Shown in pieces: positions 56,587 to 64,000 of a DNA stretch of 64,000 nucleotides (position 1 is the stretch's first letter; the number at the start of each line of letters is the position of its first letter). Under the pieces are notes generated by a model. That model did not search any database. It was not told where the DNA came from and saw only the letters and a program-made list of their open reading frames with translations. Origin of the DNA: Candidatus Altimarinota bacterium (GTDB lineage: Bacteria > Patescibacteriota > Gracilibacteria > JBDHUY01); contig JBDHUY010000003.1 of the NCBI GenBank assembly GCA_039809385.1, positions 64,001 through 128,000 of the forward strand. The letters run 5' to 3'. The position numbers and the translations under genes are program-made.

Positions 56587-58740
56587 ATGCAACGATTCTC
56601 GCTGCGTTTTGGGGTACTCTCTTTGTTTGTGTTTGGGGCGCTTTTTTCCATGCTGCCTCTTAACTCAACCCGCGGAGCCGCGGCGGTATATACTGTAGCC
56701 AATAATGTGGTGTACAAAGACGGTAATCCCATTGTGCTCAGGGGTGTCAACTGGTTTGGATTCGAGACGAACAATCACGTAGTGCATGGCTTGTGGGCGA
56801 GAAATTATAAAGAGATGATCCAGCAGATCAAGGATACTGGTTTTAACGCCGTCCGATTGCCATTTTGTCCGGCAGTGCTCAGCAGCGCTTCGGCTGATTC
56901 GATCGATTTTGCCAAAAATCAGGATTTGCAGGGATTAAACAGTCTGCAAATCTTTGATAAGATCGTCGACGAATTTAACAGCAAACAAATTTACATACTG
57001 CTCGATCATCATAGACCCGATTGTAACGCTATCAGCGAACTGTGGTATACTGACAGTTATTCCGAAGGTCAGTGGATCGCCGATCTGAAAAATGTGGCCG
57101 AGCGCTACAAAGACCGCGAGTATTTTATGGGAATCGACCTAAAAAACGAACCCCACGGGCAGGTCAACTGGGGCAGCGGCGATGGTGCCAAAGACTGGAA
57201 ACTGGCTGCCGAAAAAGCCGGCGAAGCTATTCTGACTTCCAACCCCAATATTTTGATCTTTGTTGAAGGAATCCAGGAAAGCTCCAACTGTTCAGGGAAT
57301 ATCGGTCACTGGTGGGGCGGTAATCTGGAACCGCAAAGTTGTTTTCCGATCTCGAACAAGATTCCGGCCAACAAACTGGTTCTTTCTCCTCATGTCTACG
57401 GCCCCGATGTCTATAATCAATCCTATTTTACTACAAGCGATTTCCCGGCTAATCTTCCCGCGATCTGGGATGCGCATTTTGGACAATTTGTGGACAAAGG
57501 TTTCACCGTGATTCCGGGAGAATGGGGCGGCAAATATGGGAACGGCGGCGATCCGAAGGATGTGACTTGGCAGAATGCGATCGTGGACTACTACAAGCAG
57601 AAAAAAATATGCAGTTCGTTTTACTGGAGCTGGAATCCTAATTCGGGCGATACCGGCGGGGTGTTGAAAGACGATTGGACCACGGTGTGGGATAATAAAA
57701 AAACGCTGCTCCAGGGCTATTTTAGTGGTTGTCAGGTAACAGGATCTTCTTCCGGTAGTTCCTCTGGTGTCGGTTCCTCTACTTCTAGCTCCAGTACGTC
57801 TTCGGGCGGTTCTCCCACCAGTTCGAGCTCCGGAACCGGTTCGACCTCCAGCTCCTCCTCGGGAGGTACGACGAGTTCTTCTTCCACCTCTTCCGGCGGT
57901 AGTACCTCATCCTCTTCTTCCAGCTCCGGCACGGGGTCAACCAGCGGAGGATCCTCTACGAGTTCGAGTTCCGGTTCTAGTTCAGGGACAGGCTCGTCTT
58001 CGGGGAGTGGTTCTTCTTCGTCCGGCAGTTCTTCGGGAAGTAGTAGTGGCGGTAGTGCCACTGTTTCGCATCTGGCTTGTGTGAATAATCAGTGTACACG
58101 GGTTTCGGGATCGGGAAACGACGAATGTTCCACGATAGGCGTTGCTTGCGGCAATTTGCCAGTATCTCCTTTTCTCGACGTTGCAACGAGTCATTGGGCT
58201 TTCGAAGCGATCGATCAGATTTTTCGCAATGGGGTTACCAAAGGTTGTTCAACGGGCCGCTATTGCCCCGAGATGTCGGTGACGCGGGCGCAAATGGCTG
58301 TGTTTCTTGAGCGCGTATTGCATGGCGCTAACTACAATCCGCCTCAGGCTGCCGGGATATTTGCGGATGTTCCCGTTTTTCCGCTGAAACATTGGGCGGC
58401 CGATTTTATTGAACAGCTCTCCAGTGAAAAATTCACTAAAGGCTGCGCTCAGAATCCGAATCGTTTCTGTCCTGATAAAGGATTAACCCGGGCCGAGATG
58501 GCGGTCTTTCTCTTACGTATCAAATATGGAGAAAATTACGCTCCTTCCACGATATCTTCTTCCCGTTTCAAGGATGTTGCTTCCTCCTACTGGGCGTCCG
58601 CATGGATTGAAAAGCTGGCGCAGGACGGCATTACCCAGGGGTGTAACGGCAACAACTTCTGTCCCGAAAAACCGGTAAACCGCGCTGAAATGGCCGTTTT
58701 TCTCGTGCGTGCTTTCGGCTCGTCGGTGGGAATACGGTAG
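56587..58740 (+). CDS. Secreted GH5 endoglucanase-like enzyme with Ser/Gly linker and three SLH-like domains
   Basis: RGVNWFGFET, HGLWARN, DLKNEPH (acid/base Glu), SPHVYGPDV, GEWGG (nucleophile), YWSWNPNSGDTGG; SLH-like TRAQMAVFL, TRAEMAVFL and NRAEMAVFL. Confidence 0.93.
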   Translation: MQRFSLRFGVLSLFVFGALFSMLPLNSTRGAAAVYTVANNVVYKDGNPIVLRGVNWFGFETNNHVVHGLWARNYKEMIQQIKDTGFNAVRLPFCPAVLSSASADSIDFAKNQDLQGLNSLQIFDKIVDEFNSKQIYILLDHHRPDCNAISELWYTDSYSEGQWIADLKNVAERYKDREYFMGIDLKNEPHGQVNWGSGDGAKDWKLAAEKAGEAILTSNPNILIFVEGIQESSNCSGNIGHWWGGNLEPQSCFPISNKIPANKLVLSPHVYGPDVYNQSYFTTSDFPANLPAIWDAHFGQFVDKGFTVIPGEWGGKYGNGGDPKDVTWQNAIVDYYKQKKICSSFYWSWNPNSGDTGGVLKDDWTTVWDNKKTLLQGYFSGCQVTGSSSGSSSGVGSSTSSSSTSSGGSPTSSSSGTGSTSSSSSGGTTSSSSTSSGGSTSSSSSSSGTGSTSGGSSTSSSSGSSSGTGSSSGSGSSSSGSSSGSSSGGSATVSHLACVNNQCTRVSGSGNDECSTIGVACGNLPVSPFLDVATSHWAFEAIDQIFRNGVTKGCSTGRYCPEMSVTRAQMAVFLERVLHGANYNPPQAAGIFADVPVFPLKHWAADFIEQLSSEKFTKGCAQNPNRFCPDKGLTRAEMAVFLLRIKYGENYAPSTISSSRFKDVASSYWASAWIEKLAQDGITQGCNGNNFCPEKPVNRAEMAVFLVRAFGSSVGIR

Positions 58741-58771
58741 GAGCAAGTGGTTAGCGGTTAGTTTTCCAGTA

Positions 58772-58957
58772 TGTCATCCCGGCTTGTCCGAGATCCGAAA
58801 ACACCTCGAGCTTGCTTAAAGTACGTAGTGACGAGTAAATTCACAAGAACGATTGAATCTGTTCTCGACTAGCTAACAACGGACATTACTCTCGTTTACT
58901 CATTGTACTAAGAGTTCCGCGACTCCCCATGCCCATGGCGTGCATACTGGAGTGACT
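58772..58957. repeat. REP-like repeat related to the cluster at 160-430
   Basis: tgtcatcccggcttgtccgagatcc resembles the reverse complement of 205-229; also shares gacattactctc and ggagtgac. Confidence 0.6.
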
Positions 58958-59048
58958 TTGCTAGTAGATTATTTATCAATTCCATTTCAAAATAGTGAGA
59001 GATCCGACCATAATAATTTCTTATACATTACAAGAAAATGAATAGTGT

Positions 59049-59484
59049 TTATCTTTCATTTTTTTTGTTATCAATAAAAACGAAATTCCCTAAAAATGCC
59101 GGAATAAATTTCTGATGGCCCACAAATATTTCTTCTGGTAGCTCTTTTATATCAAACCATTGCCACTTAGCAAATTTTTCAGGTTCCATTACTCTGGCCT
59201 CTCCCTCGAAATCTTTCGCCAGGAAGTTGATATGAATGTAGTGACTCTCATCCCGCGGGTCGTTTATTATATGCAAAAAATCTAAATTTTTCACTATAAT
59301 ACCGGTTTCCTCCTCTAATTCTCTCTGTGCCCCCTTGATCAAGGACTCTCCGTATTCAAAATGTCCGCCGGGTAGGCACCAAGTGTTCCGTATCCCGTTT
59401 TTCCGATCCTTTTCCAAGCAAAATCTTGTTATTTCTTAACAGAAAAACATTCACCCCGATTCTCACTTGTGCTTTCTGCTCCAT
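59049..59484 (-). pseudogene. NUDIX hydrolase with a frameshift near the 5' end (or sequencing error)
   Basis: ATG at 59484 gives MEQKAQVRIGVNVFLLRNNKILLGK and then goes out of frame; the Nudix box TWCLPGGHFEYGESLIKGAQRELEEETG is in another frame (ORF 59049-59417). Confidence 0.75.
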
Positions 59485-59539
59485 AAATAGAAGAATAGTT
59501 AAAAGGTAAAATATTTCTCACCCACTGAAAATTGTATTT

Positions 59540-60619
59540 CTATTGAAGCTGCTCCGGCCCTACCAGTCGATCATACCGCCGGCCATTAAACATAATTGTA
59601 GGGATTTTGATCGTTTTGATCTTCTTTTCTACGATCTCACGATTTTTTTGCAGTTTTTCACTGATTTGATCCGACAGAGCCAACTGGTCAATCTGCCGGA
59701 TTTCGGCATCGGTATAGCCGATGGTCCCAAGCATCTTGCGTAATTCGCTTACGGCACGTTCCTTATCGTAGAGTAAATTGAAGCTGTTCTGGTACTCCTG
59801 CCCGTTTTCGTCGCTACCGGTAAACATCATTTCGAGCAGCTGCCAGTCGGGGGAAACTCCGCTGGGATTGCTCGTTAAGGGAGTTTGTTGAAGCGCCAAT
59901 AAATACCGTGTGACGAGTTCCGAATGCACGAATTTAAATTCTCCCGGTCTCGTTACATCCGGAATCGGGTAGGGGATATAGGTCAAATTATAGTTTCTTT
60001 CAAAACTAGCCGTTTTTATGTTTTTGAACAGCTGTTTGCAAAATTTACAACCTGGGTCGATCACTTCGAGCGCGACCGGTTTGGTTTCGTCAAATCGGGT
60101 GTAGTAGCTTGGGTTTTCGGGCAGAAACTCGCGCACGTCCCAACTACGGATTCGATCCGGGATGCGCGAAACCGTTTCGGCAAACGTAATGAACGGCTGG
60201 GCGAGCCATTCTCCGAAACGATTTTGAGATATCGCATCCGGCAGGCTTAGCTGATTGGTGCCGATCCCGCAGGCTTCTCCGGAGAGCGAGCACGATTCGC
60301 CGCTGACCGGATCGCACGTGTCGTAGACCCACAGGTTCAAACCCGCAAGTGTCACCGATACCAGGCTCCAGATACTCAGCGCGACAAACGCAAAGGCAAA
60401 CCAGTCCAACCATTTATCCAGAAACTTGGCTAAACGCGGCCGTTTAAGGATCATTTTTCCCAGTAATCGGCTTTTGACCTCTTCGCCGAAATTGATGTCA
60501 CATGGTTTGAACGTAATTCGTTTCCGGACGCAATACCACGCTTTGGCGGTCAGACTCCGGTACTTCGCGGAAAAGATTCCCAGAATAGCAAAAACGATGA
60601 AGGCGGCGATACAGAGCAT
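59540..60619 (-). CDS. Membrane protein with Cys motifs and a C-terminal thioredoxin/DsbA-like domain
   Basis: N-terminal TM segments; CDPVSGESCSLSGEAC; IDPGCKFCK (CxxC) and KIPTIMFNG (cis-Pro-like). Confidence 0.75.
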   Translation of the reverse strand: MLCIAAFIVFAILGIFSAKYRSLTAKAWYCVRKRITFKPCDINFGEEVKSRLLGKMILKRPRLAKFLDKWLDWFAFAFVALSIWSLVSVTLAGLNLWVYDTCDPVSGESCSLSGEACGIGTNQLSLPDAISQNRFGEWLAQPFITFAETVSRIPDRIRSWDVREFLPENPSYYTRFDETKPVALEVIDPGCKFCKQLFKNIKTASFERNYNLTYIPYPIPDVTRPGEFKFVHSELVTRYLLALQQTPLTSNPSGVSPDWQLLEMMFTGSDENGQEYQNSFNLLYDKERAVSELRKMLGTIGYTDAEIRQIDQLALSDQISEKLQKNREIVEKKIKTIKIPTIMFNGRRYDRLVGPEQLQ

Positions 60620-60631
60620 GTAGAATTGTTG

Positions 60632-61003
60632 TTAAGGCGTATTAATGATTTCTATTTCTTTAACTTTTCTCATATCTCTATCATAACTCACTAATTTTTT
60701 ACCATAAACAAAACAAGTGGCGGCAATGATTGCGTCAGGTGTTTCTAGGCGATAAACTTTTCTAAAATCGGCTGCTTTTCTTGCGATAAAGGAATCAACC
60801 GGCACAATAAAAACACTCTGCATCCACAAGCTCATGAAAATAAATTCTTCCGACGTTTGTTCTGTGTATGAAAAAAGCTCAATCTCGGTGATTGTAGAAA
60901 TAACGAACTTACTTCCTAGGTTTCTTAGATTATCTAGGAATGTAACAGTGTGATTATTCCCCTTGAAGTAGTTAACAATCGCATTTGTATCTAATACAAT
61001 CAT
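60632..61003 (-). CDS. VapC/PIN domain toxin
   Basis: IVLDTNAIV, ISTITEIELF, PDAIIAAT, LVSYDRD. Confidence 0.92.
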   Translation of the reverse strand: MIVLDTNAIVNYFKGNNHTVTFLDNLRNLGSKFVISTITEIELFSYTEQTSEEFIFMSLWMQSVFIVPVDSFIARKAADFRKVYRLETPDAIIAATCFVYGKKLVSYDRDMRKVKEIEIINTP

Positions 61004-61152
61004 TTCCATTCTTTACGGATTTTCTTTTGCCAAACTACCGGGTCATCTTTTCGATCCTTCCACATGCCTTTGACAAGCTCCCAAGGATCAACGCCGGAAT
61101 AGCTTTTCATACGGCTTCTGATATCTTTTTTTGGAATAACTAAGGATTTCAT
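61000..61152 (-). CDS. Small VapB-like antitoxin (50 aa, not in ORF track)
   Basis: Manual translation MKSLVIPKKDIRSRMKSYSGVDPWELVKGMWKDRKDDPVVWQKKIRKEWK; ATGA overlap with the PIN gene. Confidence 0.8.
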   Translation of the reverse strand: MKSLVIPKKDIRSRMKSYSGVDPWELVKGMWKDRKDDPVVWQKKIRKEWK

Positions 61153-61230
61153 AGGTGTTTTCTTTCAAAGGTAAGAGTCAACCGTATTCTAGGCTTAAAG
61201 CTCTATGTGGGTCAAGTTCTGGTTTTTTTG

Positions 61231-62448
61231 TTACACATGTTCGAGGATCTTCTTCAGTATTGCGACCAAGTGATCTATCTGTTCTTTCGTATTATTCAAT
61301 CCTAATGAGATACGTAACAGAGGCGGATATTGTTTCAGGTGTTGGAGATAATAGTGGCAACAAAAGTAGCCGCTGCGGCACATGATATGTTGTTCGCCGA
61401 GAAAAATGGCCAGCCGGTGGGCGTCGATTTTATCGCTATAGACACTGATAACGGCGGTCGGGGTCGCGTTGATGATCGTCAAACGTTCTATTTCATGCAA
61501 TTTTTGCCAGGTATGTTCGATCAACTCTTTTTCGTAAATTTGTGCGGTTTTCCCTTCCGGATTATACGTTTTTAACCAATCGATCGCCGCGTCGGTACCG
61601 ACAATGCCGGACCAGTTTTGTAATCCCATTTCTAGGGGGGCGAATAACTCTTCCTCGTCCCGGATAAGGGTGTAGCTTTCTTTAAAAACGTCCGTCACCG
61701 TTCCCCCTCCAATGAAAAAGTATTCCAGTGTTTTTAACAGCTCTTTTTTAACAATCATAAACCCCAGACTGGGACCATACATTTTGTGTACCGATCCGCA
61801 AACAGCATCCCAATCGCCTTTTTGGAGCAACGCACGACTGTGGGCGAACGACTGAGCCGCATCGAGTATGACAATTCCGCCTTGTTCGTGCGTATCTTTG
61901 ACGAGTTGCTCTATATTTTTTAGCTCCCGACCGTCGATATTCGATGTGGCACTGAGAACTACGACCGCTTTTACAAGATCATCTCTTTCGTATAAAAGGT
62001 TTCCATCGTCATCCCGGGGAAGCACGATTCTGGTTGCCTGGTATTTTTGAGCGAAAGCGATGCTGGGGAGAAATACCGAATTGTGCTCTATCTCGGATGT
62101 GACGACTCGGGTGTACTTCCCGGACGGGAGTTGCATGAGCAGCAGGTTGATCGCGTAAGTCGTATTGAGAGTAAAAGCCGTCGCGTAATCTTTTTCGTTT
62201 TTTTTCACCAGATCCAGTAATTTTTTACGAGCCCGGCGGGTATATTCATCGACTCGTTGGCCCCATTGGTATTTTACCCGTCCGCCGCAGGCGTTGAAAT
62301 CTGTGAAATACTCTTTCTGGGCGCTTACTACCTGCCATGGGCGCAGTGTCTGGCAGGCGGAATCGAAATAAAATGTATCTGGTTTGAGATACGAAAAATC
62401 GGTCGGGTGTTCCGATTCGACAGAGTTGTTTCGTTTAAAAGAGATCAT
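61231..62448 (-). CDS. Class V PLP aminotransferase, SufS/cysteine desulfurase-like
   Basis: YFDSACQT, EHNSVFLP, LDAAQS, SVHKMYGP (PLP Lys), RSGYFCCH, RISLGLNNT. Confidence 0.88.
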   Translation of the reverse strand: MISFKRNNSVESEHPTDFSYLKPDTFYFDSACQTLRPWQVVSAQKEYFTDFNACGGRVKYQWGQRVDEYTRRARKKLLDLVKKNEKDYATAFTLNTTYAINLLLMQLPSGKYTRVVTSEIEHNSVFLPSIAFAQKYQATRIVLPRDDDGNLLYERDDLVKAVVVLSATSNIDGRELKNIEQLVKDTHEQGGIVILDAAQSFAHSRALLQKGDWDAVCGSVHKMYGPSLGFMIVKKELLKTLEYFFIGGGTVTDVFKESYTLIRDEEELFAPLEMGLQNWSGIVGTDAAIDWLKTYNPEGKTAQIYEKELIEHTWQKLHEIERLTIINATPTAVISVYSDKIDAHRLAIFLGEQHIMCRSGYFCCHYYLQHLKQYPPLLRISLGLNNTKEQIDHLVAILKKILEHV

Positions 62449-62569
62449 GACGAAGGGGTAAATGACAATCCGCCGCGGCGGACAAGTACCAAAATAATCT
62501 CAAAATCCCAATTTCTCAAGAGGGATTTGATATTTGATCCCCGGCGGCATACTTACGGTTACCTGTTTC

Positions 62570-63580
62570 TCATATCATTCCCTGTTCTTTGAGCAAGGCG
62601 AGCGATTGTTTCATGGTAACCATACCGTCGCGTGCACCGGTTTCTATCGCATTGGGAATCTGATGGGTCGCGTTTTTGCGGATCATATTTGATACTTCGC
62701 TGTTGTTGGTGAGCACTTCGCAAGCGGCTACCCGGCCGGTTTTGTCTTTCTTTTTCAGCAATTCCTGCCACACTACCGCCTGAAGCGATAACGAGAGTGA
62801 GGATCGAATCTGGTTCTGTTTTTCAAACGGGAACATGTCGATGATCCGGTCCACCGCTTTGGCGGTTCCGCTGGTGTGGAGCGTCGCAAAGACCAGGGCG
62901 CCGGTCTCGGCTGCTTCCAGAGCCAGAGCTACGGTTTCGGGATCGCGCATTTCTCCGACCAGGATGACATCCGCCGCTTCACGGAGTGCCGAATGTAACG
63001 CGGCTTGAAAGTTTGCCGTGTTGGTATAGACTTCGCGCTGATTAACCAGACTTTTGGCCGAACTATAGACAAATTCGATCGGATCTTCGATCGTCAGAAT
63101 ATGTTTTCGTTTCTTTAGATTTATTTCCTGAATCAGGCTTGCCAGGGTCGTGCTTTTTCCGCTGCCGGTCGTTCCGGTGACCAGCACCAGTCCGTTTTTC
63201 AGATTGGTGAATTTATGAATAACTTCGGGCAGTCCCAAACTTTCAAACGCCGGGATCATATCAGGAATAAAACGAAAAACCATGCCAACGCCGGCATTGT
63301 TTAAAAATCCGTTTACTCTGAAGCGGCCTAACTTTTCCATACTCAACGAAAAGTCTATATCCAGATTAGCCTCGAAATGCTCTTTTTGCACAGGACTGAG
63401 GAGATCGATCAGATATTTCTCTGCCATATCGCGTTGTACCTCGCTGGCGCCTTCGATAAAAACGATATCGCCGTTGATCTTGAGCGCCGGCACGCTGCCG
63501 CTCGTTATAAACAAGTCCGAGGCTTTGTGTTCCTTGGCCAGTTCGAAATACTGGTCGAGTTTGGGAATTTTCGTGGTCAT
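62570..63580 (-). CDS. pilT: Type IV pilus retraction ATPase PilT/PilU family
   Basis: GTTGSGKSTTLAS, TIEDPIEF, SALRE, ILVGEMRD, AAETG, ATLHT. Confidence 0.93.
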   Translation of the reverse strand: MTTKIPKLDQYFELAKEHKASDLFITSGSVPALKINGDIVFIEGASEVQRDMAEKYLIDLLSPVQKEHFEANLDIDFSLSMEKLGRFRVNGFLNNAGVGMVFRFIPDMIPAFESLGLPEVIHKFTNLKNGLVLVTGTTGSGKSTTLASLIQEINLKKRKHILTIEDPIEFVYSSAKSLVNQREVYTNTANFQAALHSALREAADVILVGEMRDPETVALALEAAETGALVFATLHTSGTAKAVDRIIDMFPFEKQNQIRSSLSLSLQAVVWQELLKKKDKTGRVAACEVLTNNSEVSNMIRKNATHQIPNAIETGARDGMVTMKQSLALLKEQGMI

Positions 63581-63693
63581 GCGGGAGGAAGAGTTGATGA
63601 AAGTATCACAGTAGTATACTCTTTTTCGTGTTAAGAAGGCAAAGAGGTAGGATTGCCGGAGCGTTGTTTTGGTGGTCTAATGAAAGAACGAGA

Positions 63694-63934
63694 AAAGCTC
63701 AAATGTCAACGTTCAATCCACCGTGGCGGATCAAAAAAATCTCAAAGCACCAAATATCGAAACTCTAGCATAATTTATTATTTGATGAATACGGCGTAAG
63801 TTAGTCACTCATGGCAGATAACGGCTTATAAGCAGGTAAATAAGAAGCGCACATCTTTGCTCTTCTGTTATTTGAAAATTTGGAAATTTGATATTTAGAT
63901 TTGATTTGGCATTTGAGCTTTGGTATTTGAACGT
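63694..63934. repeat. MITE-like segment bounded by inverted heptamer tracts
   Basis: aaagctcaaatgtcaa (63694-63709) versus ttggcatttgagcttt (63906-63921), 15/16 inverted match; acgttcaa versus ttgaacgt. Confidence 0.6.
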
Positions 63935-64000
63935 ATAATCTTTCATATGACATCTTTAATTACATAATTTACTTTTTCGCTCCTGAAACCTGAAAACTTC

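Noticed and set aside
57740-58060. Low-complexity tract as a DNA repeat element or a Glu/Pro-rich antisense gene
   Set aside because: It is the Ser/Gly linker of the GH5 protein, with varied codons.
1-64000. Genetic code 25 (UGA=Gly), as in some Gracilibacteria
   Set aside because: Long Gly-rich genes, including the 10.8 kb ORF, have no in-frame TGA, and several genes (NUDIX, smpB, RF-like) end sensibly at TGA.
1-64000. CRISPR array
   Set aside because: No regularly spaced identical repeats with unique spacers and no cas genes; the repeats seen are dispersed or short-period.

Overview
Bacterial chromosomal window in genetic code 11. Gene content and style point to a Patescibacteria/CPR organism, probably Gracilibacteria class (Peregrinibacteria-like); this is an inference from the T4SS-type pilin, PilD/PilT, giant secreted protein, SLH proteins, Npt-HEAT transporter and SD-poor AT-rich starts. 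The left half is dominated by cell-surface loci: (i) pilin-TPR-prepilin peptidase; (ii) an ~19 kb co-oriented cluster of a 3587-aa secreted protein, four Cys-containing helical secreted proteins, an SLH protein and a membrane-anchored protein; (iii) a WxL/DUF916-like three-gene locus with a consensus promoter, a ~170-nt structured leader and a shared N-terminal 'V-x-L-T-A-T-V' strand, which suggests an usher-less donor-strand pilus. The right half is mostly housekeeping and accessory genes: mutM, uppP, smpB, murF, SdpR/SdpI, ArfB-like release factor, VanW, M23 peptidase, GH5-SLH glycanase, two toxin-antitoxin loci, a SufS-like enzyme and PilT. grpE and tRNA-Lys(CTT) lie near the left end. Intergenic DNA carries REP-like palindromes, 7-nt-period tracts, a tRNA-derived mini-element and a DUF559 nuclease gene flanked by inverted repeats. 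No CRISPR array, rRNA, integrase or transposase was seen. All family assignments come from motif recognition by eye; no searches were run.
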